NCBI GenBank assembly: GCA_903915465.1
Contig: CAIWTA010000113.1
Location: 1 to 28,856 of the forward strand
Reading direction: 5' to 3'
Source of the DNA: an uncultured Bacteroidales bacterium
GTDB taxonomy: Bacteria; Bacteroidota; Bacteroidia; Bacteroidales; FEN-979
Length of the DNA stretch: 28,856 bases
Shown: positions 17,464 to 27,266 of the stretch, one piece after another
Layout of the letters: each line of letters opens with the position of its first letter
Position numbering within the stretch: position 1 is the stretch's first letter
Position numbers and translations under genes: made by a program
Notes under the pieces: model-generated
The model's database searches: none
Seen by the model: only the letters and a program-made list of their open reading frames with translations
What the model was told of the DNA's origin: nothing

Positions 17464-18513
17464 ATGAAATTATCCCAATTCCGATTTCATTTACCCCCCG
17501 AATTGATCGAGAGTCATCCTTCCAAACAGCGCGACGATGTGGAAATGATGATTTTAAATCGTAAGACTCAAATTATCGAGCATAAACATTTCAAAGATGT
17601 TCTGGACTATTTTGGCGAAGGCGATGTATTCATATTAAACAATACAAAGGTTTTTCCTGCCCGTTTGTATGGAGAAAAGGAAAAGACAGGAGCAAAAATT
17701 GAGGTTTTCCTTTTGCGTGAACTCAATCGCGAATCACGATTATGGGATGTTCTTGTTGATCCCGCCAGGAAAATCAGGATCGGAAACAAACTGTATTTCG
17801 GAGATGATGATTCATTGGTTGCTGAAGTCATTGATAATACTACTTCCAGGGGCAGGACTATTCGCTTTCTCTTTGATGGCCCTTATGAAGAATTCAAAAA
17901 AACCATACAGAAACTGGGAGAAACTCCGTTACCCAAAATACATAACCGCCCGGCTACATCTGAAGATGAAGAGCGTTATCAGACAATTTACGCCAAACAT
18001 GAGGGCGCTGTTGTTGCTCCCACAGCGGGGATGCATTTCAGCCGGGAGATCATGAAACGCCTGGAGTTGCAGGGCGTAACCTTTGCTGAGATCACCCTTC
18101 ATGCCGGTCTTGGTAACTTCCGCACCATAGATGTGGAAGATCTGACCAAACACAAAATGGATTCGGAAGAAATCATCATCGATGAAACAGCTTGTGAAAT
18201 CGTCAATAAAGCAAAAGAGCGCCGGAAGAAAATCATCGCTGTCGGAACAACGACTATGAAAGCCATCGAGTCGTCCGTGACTATTGCCGGAACTCTTAAG
18301 CCATACCGGGGTTGGACAAACAGGTTCATCTTCCCTCCTTATGATTTCAGTATCGCAAATGCCATGATCACCAATTTCCAGCTTCCCCAAACACCCATGA
18401 TGATGATGGTTGCCGCATTTGCAGGATATGATTTTCTGATCCAGGCGTACGATGTAGCCATTGAAAAGAAATACAAATTCTTTACTTATGGCAACCCAAT
18501 GCTGATCATTTAA
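17464..18513 (+). CDS. queA: S-adenosylmethionine:tRNA ribosyltransferase-isomerase (queuosine biosynthesis).
   Basis: 349 aa. Collinear with E. coli QueA along its length: 'FHLPPELIE', '[16 protein letters not shown]', '[12 protein letters not shown]', 'IIAVGTT', 'ITNFQLPQT', '[13 protein letters not shown]'. Confidence 0.92.
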   Translation: MKLSQFRFHLPPELIESHPSKQRDDVEMMILNRKTQIIEHKHFKDVLDYFGEGDVFILNNTKVFPARLYGEKEKTGAKIEVFLLRELNRESRLWDVLVDPARKIRIGNKLYFGDDDSLVAEVIDNTTSRGRTIRFLFDGPYEEFKKTIQKLGETPLPKIHNRPATSEDEERYQTIYAKHEGAVVAPTAGMHFSREIMKRLELQGVTFAEITLHAGLGNFRTIDVEDLTKHKMDSEEIIIDETACEIVNKAKERRKKIIAVGTTTMKAIESSVTIAGTLKPYRGWTNRFIFPPYDFSIANAMITNFQLPQTPMMMMVAAFAGYDFLIQAYDVAIEKKYKFFTYGNPMLII

Positions 18514-18533
18514 CCAATCAATCATTCCGATCC

Positions 18534-19217
18534 TTGTCACTTAATGCTGTCATATTGGTCGCCGGAGGCTCTGGTTCCCGGATGAACAGCGGTCTTCCGA
18601 AACAGTTTCTACTTTTAAACGGGTTGCCAGTGTTGATGCGTTCCATCCGGGCATTTTATCTTTTTGATCCGGCAATCCTGGTCGTCATTGCACTTCCCAA
18701 CTCCTACCACTTATACTGGCAGGAGTTATGCGAAAAATATAATTTCAAAATCGACCAGCAGGTTGTTAAAGGCGGAGATTCAAGGTTCCTTTCTGTCAGA
18801 AATTCTTTGGAGGTTATTCCGGATGATTACCTGGTAGCCATTCATGATGGCGTCCGGCCACTGGTATCACAAAAGACAATCAGCAGCGCATTCCGGGAAG
18901 CAGAAGTTTATGGCAATGCGATTCCGGTGATTCCCATCAATGAATCGATCAGAAAAGTAGAAGGAGGGCTAAATGAACCTGTATCACGCGATCTTCTCAG
19001 GATCATTCAGACACCCCAGGTATTCAATGCCAAGGCCATCAAGAATGCTTATGCCAGGGCTGACCATACTGATTTCGCTGATGATGCAAGTGTACTCGAA
19101 TCAACCGGGGAAAAACTCCACCTTGTTGAAGGCAATACTGAGAATATCAAAATCACACTGCCATCAGATTTGTTGTTTGCTGAGGCGATCATCCTCAAAG
19201 CTTCTTTATCGGATTGA
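18534..19217 (+). CDS. ispD: 2-C-methyl-D-erythritol 4-phosphate cytidylyltransferase (MEP isoprenoid pathway).
   Basis: 227 aa. 'AVILVAGGSGSRMNSGLPKQF' matches the IspD P-loop 'AVVPAAGFGRRM..PKQY'. 'AIHDGVRP' matches 'VHDAARP'. 'RIIQTPQVF' matches 'ALTPQFF'. Confidence 0.9.
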   Translation: MSLNAVILVAGGSGSRMNSGLPKQFLLLNGLPVLMRSIRAFYLFDPAILVVIALPNSYHLYWQELCEKYNFKIDQQVVKGGDSRFLSVRNSLEVIPDDYLVAIHDGVRPLVSQKTISSAFREAEVYGNAIPVIPINESIRKVEGGLNEPVSRDLLRIIQTPQVFNAKAIKNAYARADHTDFADDASVLESTGEKLHLVEGNTENIKITLPSDLLFAEAIILKASLSD

Positions 19218-20361
19218 CAGTTCGTCCCTTCCATTCATAGGATAGAAAATTCCCAAGAAATCCAATTACGGATACATAAAAAATGTTGAGTACCTGAACC
19301 AACGGTATCAGTATCAAATTCTTTGTTTTTCCCAGAAAAACAGCATATTTCCACAATACGGGAAATTCTATGATAATTTTACCCGACAGCAAAAAGAATG
19401 TAAGAATCCAACATGAGGGTAAGAAAAAACCAGCGATCATTCCAACAAGGAGAAGTGCATTAAAAAGGTAGGAAACTCCTGCAACAAGCAACACAAATTG
19501 ATCTTTGTAGGCTTTGTTTTTCGAAACCCATCTCAATCGTTGGTGAAAAAAATCACGGATTGTTTTGTTTGGCCCGGTAAAGACGATAGCTTCTTTTGAC
19601 CTGTTGAACTGTACCGATTTTCGCCCAAATTTTTTCCTGATCTTCATCATCAGGAACATATCATCCCCGGAAGGGATATTCCAATTGTCATCGAACCCTT
19701 CCACCAATTCAAAGGCTTTGCGGGAATAAGCAAGATTGGCGCCATTACACATCAGTGGTCTATCCATGGTGCAGGAACCTTCGGTAGCAGCCATCAGTCC
19801 CATGAATTCGCACGACTGAATCTTTGAAAACAAAGAAGGACCATCGATGTAAGCTACCGGTCCCAGGATCATTTCCGGGCGGAATTTTTCATAATAAGCC
19901 ACCATTGCTGCTATCCAATTTTTCCCAAACCGTGTATCGGCGTCTGTCGCCAGGATCAGCTCACCAGAAGATTGGGAAATAGCTGATTTAATGGCACTTT
20001 TTTTTGAACCAAACAGATGATCCTGCGGCTCAATCCTCTGGATTGACAACGGAAAAGAAGGGTTTTTTCCGGCAAAATTGTTTACATTGATGAATGTTTG
20101 ATCAGTAGAACCATCATCTACAAGGATAATTTCCAACAAATCCTTTGGAAACTCCTGCTGAAGTAGATCATTCAGGCAGTTAAGAATATTGGTTTCTTCA
20201 TTTCTCGCCGCAATGATCACTGTTACCCTGGTACGATATATTTCATCATGTAAATGGAATGGCTGGTTACGCATCAATCCAACAAGCACCAGAATGATGA
20301 GAAGATAGTATGCTCCTGCGATCGTAATAAAAAAAACAAACAATATGGATTGAGCTACCAT
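19195..20361 (-). CDS. Family-2 glycosyltransferase, processive type, with an N-terminal TM helix and the QxxRW motif. Possibilities include a glycolipid/diacylglycerol glycosyltransferase or a polysaccharide synthase.
   Basis: 'VTVIIAARNEE', 'ILVDDGSTD' (DXD), 'LATDADT', 'QRLRW', and C-terminal TM helices. It overlaps the 3' end of ispD by 23 nt, convergently. Confidence 0.85.
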   Translation of the reverse strand: MVAQSILFVFFITIAGAYYLLIILVLVGLMRNQPFHLHDEIYRTRVTVIIAARNEETNILNCLNDLLQQEFPKDLLEIILVDDGSTDQTFINVNNFAGKNPSFPLSIQRIEPQDHLFGSKKSAIKSAISQSSGELILATDADTRFGKNWIAAMVAYYEKFRPEMILGPVAYIDGPSLFSKIQSCEFMGLMAATEGSCTMDRPLMCNGANLAYSRKAFELVEGFDDNWNIPSGDDMFLMMKIRKKFGRKSVQFNRSKEAIVFTGPNKTIRDFFHQRLRWVSKNKAYKDQFVLLVAGVSYLFNALLLVGMIAGFFLPSCWILTFFLLSGKIIIEFPVLWKYAVFLGKTKNLILIPLVQVLNIFYVSVIGFLGNFLSYEWKGRTVNPIKKL

Positions 20362-20380
20362 TGCGACAGGATTAACAGAA

Positions 20381-21418
20381 TTATTTTCCGTTGAAATTTC
20401 TCCTGAAGAATTTCAGCCGGTAAACGAAAACTGTTCCGGCTATTGCGGGAATAACAATGTTCAGGAACCAAAGAAATGTTGAAGCTGAGAAAACACCCAC
20501 AGCAATTGTTTCATCCATGACACCCATTTTTGAGAAATAAAGACCAAAAAAGGAAACAGCTGCTGCATCGCGCACACCCAGCTCAGTCAATGCAATTGTA
20601 GGGAAAACAGTGATTACAAAAAAGATCAGTGAAATGATGACAATTCCATCGAAAAAAGGAATCGGAACTGAGAAAATTTTCAGCAGAATATAATATTGAA
20701 GAGAAAAGACAATATACCTAACGAAACTCAGAAGTATTACGATGCCAAGATCTTTCTTCCTGAAACGGGCAAATACACCGAAAAATTTTCGTAGTTTTTT
20801 CAGTCTTGACCGAAGAATCCTGTCGCGTAATGCGGATAGGAAGGAGACGTTGAAGTAGAGAAACAGCAAAAGCAAATCCAGCACAACGATCAAGACTATG
20901 AAAGAGTAATAAAGATATCCGGTAAAAAGCGGTACATCGTAAAATCTTGCCGGGTTTATAAGGATCATGGCTATCGTTCCGGTGAGGATCGTGATCAGAA
21001 GCTGACTCATGCTTCCCAGGATTGTGATCAGAATCCCTTCAATGTGACTGGCTTTTTCGAGGATATACACCCGCCCGAAATATTCACCTATCCTGTTTGG
21101 CGTAAAAAAACTTATGGAAGCACCTGTCAATACTGCCTGGTAAGACCGAAAGAAAGAGAGTTTTTCAATCTTACTGATCATGCGTTGCCATTTGAAAGAT
21201 TCCAGTCCCCAATTGAGTATCATCATGAAGATTACCAGGTAAATAAGGAAGTGAAATTCTTTTTTGGCTATCAACTCATGGAAAACCGGCAGCCATTGTT
21301 TCCAGTCTTTATCATGAAAGACCTTTGTATAAATAAACCCATAGGTTGCCACAAGGATAAGTATCCTCAGCAAAATATTATAGGTTTTCTTTACTTTTGT
21401 GGTCTTATTCATCTGCAA
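20381..21418 (-). CDS. Polytopic integral membrane protein, flippase-like (lysylphosphatidylglycerol-synthase TM-domain / UPF0104-like family). It is the partner of the GT2 gene.
   Basis: 345 aa with about 8 predicted TM helices and a basic cytoplasmic loop '[20 protein letters not shown]'. It ends 19 nt upstream of the GT2 start on the same strand. The family assignment is from recall. Confidence 0.55.
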   Translation of the reverse strand: MQMNKTTKVKKTYNILLRILILVATYGFIYTKVFHDKDWKQWLPVFHELIAKKEFHFLIYLVIFMMILNWGLESFKWQRMISKIEKLSFFRSYQAVLTGASISFFTPNRIGEYFGRVYILEKASHIEGILITILGSMSQLLITILTGTIAMILINPARFYDVPLFTGYLYYSFIVLIVVLDLLLLFLYFNVSFLSALRDRILRSRLKKLRKFFGVFARFRKKDLGIVILLSFVRYIVFSLQYYILLKIFSVPIPFFDGIVIISLIFFVITVFPTIALTELGVRDAAAVSFFGLYFSKMGVMDETIAVGVFSASTFLWFLNIVIPAIAGTVFVYRLKFFRRNFNGK

Positions 21419-21421
21419 AAA

Positions 21422-21973
21422 GTGGCGAACAACCGCATCATTTTGGGAATTGATCCCGGTACGAATATCATGGGATATGGCATCATTGAGGTGTTGGGAA
21501 AAAAGATCAACCTTCTTTCTTTGGGTGTGTTAAAATTAAATAAAGTAGAGAATCACGCATTAAAGCTAAAAAATATTTTTGAACAAACTTCTTCACTAAT
21601 TGATCAGTATCATCCTGATGAACTTGCAATAGAAGCGCCATTTTTTGGAAAGAATGTGCAATCCATGTTAAAACTTGGCAGGGCACAGGGAGTTGCAATT
21701 GCTGCTGCTTTATCCCGCTCGATCCCGGTTTTTGAATACTCACCCCGAAAGATCAAGCAATCGATAACCGGAAAAGGCAACTCTTCAAAAGAGCAGGTAG
21801 CCGGCATGTTGCAACATTTATTACAATTTAAAGAAATGCCGGAACACTTGGATGCAACAGATGGACTTGCAGCGGCCATGTGTCATTATTTTCAGCGTGA
21901 TGCAGGCAATGAAAAAAAGAGTTACTCGGGATGGAAGGCTTTCTTAGTGGAAAATCCAGGCAGGGAATTGTGA
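21422..21973 (+). CDS. ruvC: Crossover junction endodeoxyribonuclease RuvC (Holliday junction resolvase). Probable GTG start.
   Basis: '(V)[23 protein letters not shown]' corresponds to E. coli '[19 protein letters not shown]', which carries the catalytic Asp in GIDPG. '[30 protein letters not shown]' is the second catalytic region. The track ORF from 21044 is an artefactual N-terminal extension. Confidence 0.85.
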   Translation: MANNRIILGIDPGTNIMGYGIIEVLGKKINLLSLGVLKLNKVENHALKLKNIFEQTSSLIDQYHPDELAIEAPFFGKNVQSMLKLGRAQGVAIAAALSRSIPVFEYSPRKIKQSITGKGNSSKEQVAGMLQHLLQFKEMPEHLDATDGLAAAMCHYFQRDAGNEKKSYSGWKAFLVENPGREL

Positions 21974-21980
21974 ATCCGGT

Positions 21981-23159
21981 TTACATCAGTTTCTGATACA
22001 TCATCCACCAGCGATCGGGAATGTCGTTGCTGCATGCGGTTTGATAATCCTTGTAAGAACAAGGAACAAGATAATGACGTTGGTATTTGACTTTTTGTTC
22101 AAGTTGCAATGGAATTTCCATCCACCAGCGGTCGGTCTTTTTGCTTTTATAGAAACTTATCTCATCCCGGTGGTCGCTGATAGAGACGCGGTATTTAAGA
22201 TAATCGTCCTCGTTTTTAAATGGAAAATCATGCGGTCTGTTATAAAAACCTTCAATAAAAAACCAGATCATTTGGGCCACCAGATGCGCTGTTTGTCCAT
22301 TGTGGTCAAGCATGGGATTTGTTTCATAGAATCCAATCGAAGTCAGTTTGTCGCTCAAGCCGGCGTAGCGGATGATCTGGCAAATCTCTTCACCATAAAA
22401 CCCGTTGGGTGTAGCATTTGCGTTGCCCGGAGCATCTGACTGCCGGATTGCGGAAACATCTACTGTAAGCATGTCAGCATTTCGAACAACAGGTTCTGCA
22501 TCTTCAAGATTCTGGCGGATCATTCCTACGCGATAAGTGTCAAACATCAGGCTCTTCATCAGTTTCAAGGCTTCCTGGTCGACAAAATAGGTTTGGTATC
22601 CCAGGTTTGCATAATTGAACAGGTAGTTGGGTTGATGCAGGATAATATTACTGAGAAAGGCGTGGGAATTCAGTTCGTTTTCTGAGCGACCAAGATCAAG
22701 CATACTATCAATGGAAACGATATTGATGATCTGTCCGAGGTTCTGATACGCCTGATAATTGGCATAGGAAATATCCTGGCTTCCGCCGATGATCAATGGG
22801 ATAATGTTGTTTTCCAGCAATTCTCCAACAACGGCAGAGACTGCAAAGTACGTATCGCTGATACTGAACCCTTGTTTAATATTTCCAAGATCTACAATTT
22901 TGGGCTCAAAGGATCCAGGAAAAAGCTGATACAGATATTTCCTGACGCTATCAGGTGCCATTGAACAACCCTTATTGTTAACAGCATTTCGTTCTTCCCT
23001 TACACCGATCAGGGCAATATCACACCCCTGGTATCCGGGGAAATCGTTCACCTGCAGATAGGGTTTGATTATCTCACCCATGCGGGTACGCACATTCCCT
23101 TCTGCAGCAAATTGGAAATCCATCGTTTCGATGGGTTCGAAGTATTCAGAAAAGTCCAT
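21981..23159 (-). CDS. Arginase/agmatinase/formimidoylglutamase-fold protein, 392 aa. The canonical Mn-binding His/Asp ligands are substituted, and it carries a ~90-aa C-terminal extension.
   Basis: N-terminal 'DIALIGVREERNAVNNKGCSMAPDSVRKYL' is arginase-like. The motif positions read 'GGSQDIS' (canonical GGDHS), 'IDSMLDLG' (canonical DAHxD) and 'TVDVSAIRQSDAPG' (canonical SxDxDxxDPxxAPG). The C-terminus has a duplicated 'DRWWM' motif. Confidence 0.6.
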   Translation of the reverse strand: MDFSEYFEPIETMDFQFAAEGNVRTRMGEIIKPYLQVNDFPGYQGCDIALIGVREERNAVNNKGCSMAPDSVRKYLYQLFPGSFEPKIVDLGNIKQGFSISDTYFAVSAVVGELLENNIIPLIIGGSQDISYANYQAYQNLGQIINIVSIDSMLDLGRSENELNSHAFLSNIILHQPNYLFNYANLGYQTYFVDQEALKLMKSLMFDTYRVGMIRQNLEDAEPVVRNADMLTVDVSAIRQSDAPGNANATPNGFYGEEICQIIRYAGLSDKLTSIGFYETNPMLDHNGQTAHLVAQMIWFFIEGFYNRPHDFPFKNEDDYLKYRVSISDHRDEISFYKSKKTDRWWMEIPLQLEQKVKYQRHYLVPCSYKDYQTACSNDIPDRWWMMYQKLM

Positions 23160-23191
23160 ATTTTTCCTAAAAATATAAAAAGTAAAAGTAA

Positions 23192-25513
23192 TTATTTTCG
23201 CCTTTTTGCCCTTGTGGCTTTTGAGGGTTCGCTTTCATGGATAATTTTCAGGCAATCCTCCAACGTAAGTTTGCCCGGATCTTTTCCTTTCGGGATTTTA
23301 AAATTTTGTTTTTGATAGGTAAGATAAGGCCCATAACGGCCATTGAGAATTTTCAGGCCTTCCTTTTCCGGAAATTCACGGATTGTTTTTTCTTCTTCCT
23401 TCTTTCTTTTTTCCTGGATGAGTTCTACTGCTCTGTCTACCATAATTTCAAGCGGATCATCCGTTTTTGCGAGCGAATAGAATGCGGATTTATGCTTGAC
23501 ATAGGGACCAAAGCGCCCGGTAGAAACGATCACCTCTTCATCTTCATATACCCCAAGAGTACGCGGGAGTTTAAACAGCTCGAGGGCTTCTTCCAACGTG
23601 ATTGTGTCGATACTCTGACCTTTTTTCAGGCTTGAAAATTTTGGTTTGTTTTCAGGATCGGTATCTCCCTTCTGCACCATCGGCCCATAGCGTCCAATCC
23701 TCACAAAAATATTTTCACCGGTAGCAGGATCCTTTCCAAGCAGCTTTTCCCCGCTCACTTTTTGTGATTTCTCCAGGGTTTTCTCAACCTGATCGTGAAA
23801 TGGAAAATAAAAATCATGGATCATCTGGTTCCAAACAATTTTCCCTTGCGCAATCTCATCAAATTCCTCCTCTACAGTGGCTGTAAAGTTATAGTCGAGA
23901 ATGTTATTAAAATGTTGAACTAAGAAATTATTCACAAGATTACCAATATCCGTGGGAAAAAGTTTCGCTTTTTCAAAGCCGGTATTTTCGGTTTTTATAA
24001 CTTCGGTGATGGTTTTTCCCTGTAGCGTTATCTGACAATATTTTCGAATCATTCCGTCCCTGTCCTCCTTAACAACATACTCCCTTTTCTGGATCGTGGA
24101 AATTGTTGGCGCATAGGTTGACGGGCGGCCGATTCCGAGCTCTTCCATTTTTTTTACGAGGCTTGCTTCAGTATACCTGGGTGGATGCTGACTAAATTTT
24201 TCCTGCGCATTGATTTCCCTCGGGATCATTGTTTCGCCAACGTTAAGTGGTGGAAGTAATCCTTCCTGGTTGTCGTCATCTTCTTCATCCCGGGATTCCA
24301 TGTAGACTTTCAGGAATCCGTCAAATTTTATCACTTCTCCCCTGGCAATAAATTTCTCCGGGGCATTAGAGATATTGATGGTTACGTTGGTTTTTTCAAG
24401 CAATGCATCACTCATTTGTGAAGCGATGGTGCGTTTCCAAATCAGGTCGTAAAGCCGGCTTTGTGAATGATCGCCTTCGGCTGTCCGGTTGTTCATGTAA
24501 GTCGGGCGAATGGCCTCATGAGCTTCCTGTGCACCTTTGGTACGCGTAGTGTATTGGCGGGTTTTCACATATTGCGGTCCGAATGATTCGGTAATCACTT
24601 CTTCGGCAAGATTAAGTGCAAACTTTGATAAGTTCACAGAATCCGTCCTCATGTATGTGATTTTTCCGGATTCGTACAGTTGTTGCGCCACCCGCATAGT
24701 GTTGGCAACCGAAAATCCCAGTTTACGACTCGCTTCCTGTTGCAGTGTGGAAGTGGTAAATGGTGGTGCAGGTGATTTTTTGGAAGGTTTTGTTTCGATA
24801 TCTTCAATTGAAAAATCTGCGCTCTTACACTTTTCAAGAAACGCAATGGCTTCCTGCTTTTCCTTGAATCGTTTATTCAGTTCTGCAGATAGCAAAATCT
24901 GTTTATTGTCTTTATTAATGATGAATTCTGCCAGAACCCGATATGCTGATGTTACAGCAAACCCTTTGATTTCTTCTTCTCTTTCAACAATGAGGCGGAC
25001 TGCAACCGATTGTACCCTTCCTGCAGAAAGAGATGGTTTGATTTTTTTCCAAAGCAAAGGTGAAAGTTCAAATCCGACTAATCGGTCGAGGACTCTGCGA
25101 GCTTGCTGGGCATCCACGAGATTTTTATCGATTTTCCTGGGATTCTCAATCGCTTCAAGAATTGCTGGTTTAGTTATTTCGTGGAAAACGATACGTTTGG
25201 TTTCAATTTCGTTAAGCCCCAGCGCCTCCACCAGATGCCATGCAATGGCTTCTCCTTCACGGTCTTCATCAGATGCCAGCCAAATCATCTCAGCATCTTT
25301 TGCAATTTTCTTCAAGTCACTGATAACCTTTTTCTTATCTGGAGTGATGATATATTGCGGTATGAACCCATTTTCAATATCCACTCCCAAATCTTTTTTT
25401 GCCAGATCCCTGACATGACCGAAACAAGATTTCACCACAAAATCTTTCCCTAAAAAATTTTCAATGGTCTTCGCTTTTGCCGGTGATTCAACAATAACAA
25501 GATTCTTTGTCAT
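23192..25513 (-). CDS. topA: DNA topoisomerase I (type IA), 773 aa.
   Basis: TOPRIM N-terminus 'LVIVESPAKAKTIENFLG...GHVRDL', 'WLASDEDREGEAIAWH', the active-site region '...YMRTDS', and a C-terminal Lys-rich tail. Confidence 0.95.
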   Translation of the reverse strand: MTKNLVIVESPAKAKTIENFLGKDFVVKSCFGHVRDLAKKDLGVDIENGFIPQYIITPDKKKVISDLKKIAKDAEMIWLASDEDREGEAIAWHLVEALGLNEIETKRIVFHEITKPAILEAIENPRKIDKNLVDAQQARRVLDRLVGFELSPLLWKKIKPSLSAGRVQSVAVRLIVEREEEIKGFAVTSAYRVLAEFIINKDNKQILLSAELNKRFKEKQEAIAFLEKCKSADFSIEDIETKPSKKSPAPPFTTSTLQQEASRKLGFSVANTMRVAQQLYESGKITYMRTDSVNLSKFALNLAEEVITESFGPQYVKTRQYTTRTKGAQEAHEAIRPTYMNNRTAEGDHSQSRLYDLIWKRTIASQMSDALLEKTNVTINISNAPEKFIARGEVIKFDGFLKVYMESRDEEDDDNQEGLLPPLNVGETMIPREINAQEKFSQHPPRYTEASLVKKMEELGIGRPSTYAPTISTIQKREYVVKEDRDGMIRKYCQITLQGKTITEVIKTENTGFEKAKLFPTDIGNLVNNFLVQHFNNILDYNFTATVEEEFDEIAQGKIVWNQMIHDFYFPFHDQVEKTLEKSQKVSGEKLLGKDPATGENIFVRIGRYGPMVQKGDTDPENKPKFSSLKKGQSIDTITLEEALELFKLPRTLGVYEDEEVIVSTGRFGPYVKHKSAFYSLAKTDDPLEIMVDRAVELIQEKRKKEEEKTIREFPEKEGLKILNGRYGPYLTYQKQNFKIPKGKDPGKLTLEDCLKIIHESEPSKATRAKRRK

Positions 25514-25630
25514 TTACACGTGATTAATGATAACTAAAAAAACCGGGACAAAAGTAGTACAATAAACGATTCGAAGTACCTTTCATAATTTCCATGCTAT
25601 TTTCTGATGATTAGAAAATGTTATTCTCCT

Positions 25631-25638
25631 TACCTTTG
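25631..25638 (+). promoter_or_regulatory. Candidate -7 box 'TAccTTTG' for miaB, within the 179-bp divergent topA/miaB intergenic region.
   Basis: The consensus TAnnTTTG lies 55 nt upstream of the GTG start. No clean -33 TTTG was found. Confidence 0.25.
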
Positions 25639-25692
25639 TGTACTTCATTTTCTTTACCGGGGAAAAGTTTAAAAAAGTAATTTGAGACAGGA

Positions 25693-27024
25693 GTGATCAA
25701 AAGAAAATTCTTTATTGAAACCTATGGATGCCAGATGAATTTTTCTGACAGTGAGATTGTCGCATCCATTCTTTCAAAGGAAGGTTTTGCTACAACTACG
25801 GATATTTCCGAAGCAGATCTGATTTTCATCAATACTTGTTCTATCCGGGATAATGCTGAGCAGCGGGTTCTGCGCCGGCTGAAAATGCTGCAATCGCTGA
25901 AGAAAAAAAACCCAGGGCTCATAATCGGGTTGTTGGGTTGTATGGCTGAGCGGTTAAAAGAGGAATTACTGGAAAAAGAGCAGGTTCTTGATTTAGTAGC
26001 CGGCCCTGATGTTTATCGGGATCTCCCGAAGCTGATCCGCCAGGTCGGCTCAGGGCAGAAAGCAATCAATATTCTCCTTTCTCAAGAAGAGACTTATGCA
26101 GATATTGCTCCTGTGAGGTACGATTCAAATGGAATTTCTGCTTTTATCTCTATCATGCGGGGATGTGAAAATTATTGTGCTTATTGTGTTGTTCCCTATG
26201 TGAGGGGACTGGAGCGGAGCAGGGCGGCAGCTTCAATCATCCGGGAAGCAACGTTTCTTTTTCAGCATGGGTACCGTGAAATAACTCTTCTTGGCCAAAA
26301 TGTTAATTCTTATTGCTGGGTTAATCCTGACAAGACCATTACTGGTTTTGCGGACTTACTGAATCAGGTTGCACAAATCAATCCTCTGCTGAGGATCCGG
26401 TTTTCAACTTCGCATCCCAAAGACCTTTCGAATGAGTTGTTGCATACTATTGCCCTTTACAAGAATATCTGCAGGTCGATCCATCTCCCGGTTCAATCCG
26501 GCAGTTCACGGATCCTTGACAAGATGAACAGAGGGTATTCCCGGGACCAGTACATGGACAGGATAAACGCGATTCATAAAATCCTCCCGGATTGCGCAAT
26601 ATCTACTGACGTTATTGTCGGGTTTTGCAGCGAAACTGAAAATGATCACAATGAGACTCTGTCTTTGATGAAAGAGATTGGTTTTGATTCTGCATTTATG
26701 TTCCGGTATTCGGAGAGACCTGATACCCTTGCTGCGAATAATTACAAAGATGATGTTCCATTTGAAGACAAGGAAAGAAGGCTGAAAGAAATAATCGACC
26801 TGCAACAGTCGTTATCTTATAAAAGCAATGAAAAAGATAAAGGGAAAAAATTCGAAGTCCTGATCGAAGGCTATTCAAAAAGGTCGAAGGAGCATTTTTC
26901 AGGTAGAAATTCTCAGAACAAAGTAGTTGTTTTTCCAAAGACGAATGACAAACCTGGAGATTATGTTTCCGCAGTAATTCAGGGCTTTACATCGGCAACA
27001 TTATTAGGGAAGGCCGTTTCATGA
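25693..27024 (+). CDS. miaB: tRNA-i6A37 methylthiotransferase (radical-SAM MTTase with a TRAM domain). GTG start.
   Basis: 'FFIETYGCQMNFSDSE' is the MiaB-type N-terminal MTTase domain. The radical-SAM motif is 'CENYCAYCVVP'. A C-terminal TRAM-like domain follows. 443 aa. Confidence 0.85.
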   Translation: MIKRKFFIETYGCQMNFSDSEIVASILSKEGFATTTDISEADLIFINTCSIRDNAEQRVLRRLKMLQSLKKKNPGLIIGLLGCMAERLKEELLEKEQVLDLVAGPDVYRDLPKLIRQVGSGQKAINILLSQEETYADIAPVRYDSNGISAFISIMRGCENYCAYCVVPYVRGLERSRAAASIIREATFLFQHGYREITLLGQNVNSYCWVNPDKTITGFADLLNQVAQINPLLRIRFSTSHPKDLSNELLHTIALYKNICRSIHLPVQSGSSRILDKMNRGYSRDQYMDRINAIHKILPDCAISTDVIVGFCSETENDHNETLSLMKEIGFDSAFMFRYSERPDTLAANNYKDDVPFEDKERRLKEIIDLQQSLSYKSNEKDKGKKFEVLIEGYSKRSKEHFSGRNSQNKVVVFPKTNDKPGDYVSAVIQGFTSATLLGKAVS

Positions 27025-27118
27025 ATCTATTTCAAAATTTCATCAGTAAAAATTGAATTTTCTGAATAATTTTGCCATATCAATCGTTCTTATCTGCCAG
27101 GGACCGTTTTTTGAAAAC

Positions 27119-27149
27119 TTTGAGAATTCAGAAAAATAGTTTATTTTTG
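27119..27149 (+). promoter_or_regulatory. Candidate Bacteroidetes promoter (TTTG, then 19 nt, then TAttTTTG) upstream of the wza/wzc locus.
   Basis: 'tttg' at 27119-27122 and 'tatttttg' at 27142-27149, ~118 nt upstream of the ATG at 27267. Confidence 0.3.
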
Positions 27150-27266
27150 CACTTTACAATGGGATAAATGCCAAATCCTTACATTTTAGGATCTTACAGC
27201 AATCCTTTGAGACTGCCGCTGCAGCTTTGATCATTACTTTGCATAATACGACTTAACAAATCAGTT

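Noticed and set aside
17929-18540. 203-aa minus-strand ORF antisense to queA
   Set aside because: Shadow ORF within a conserved gene, with no recognisable motifs.
21044-21421. 5' part of the ORF-track entry 21044..21973, a 309-aa 'RuvC' with a long N-terminal extension
   Set aside because: The extension lies antisense inside the well-supported membrane-protein gene (20381-21418) and has no RuvC homology. The conserved RuvC N-terminus (IILGIDPG) begins right after the GTG at 21422.
24537-25418. 293-aa plus-strand ORF antisense to topA
   Set aside because: Ser/Arg-rich low-complexity translation. It lies entirely inside a highly conserved gene, which is typical of a shadow ORF.
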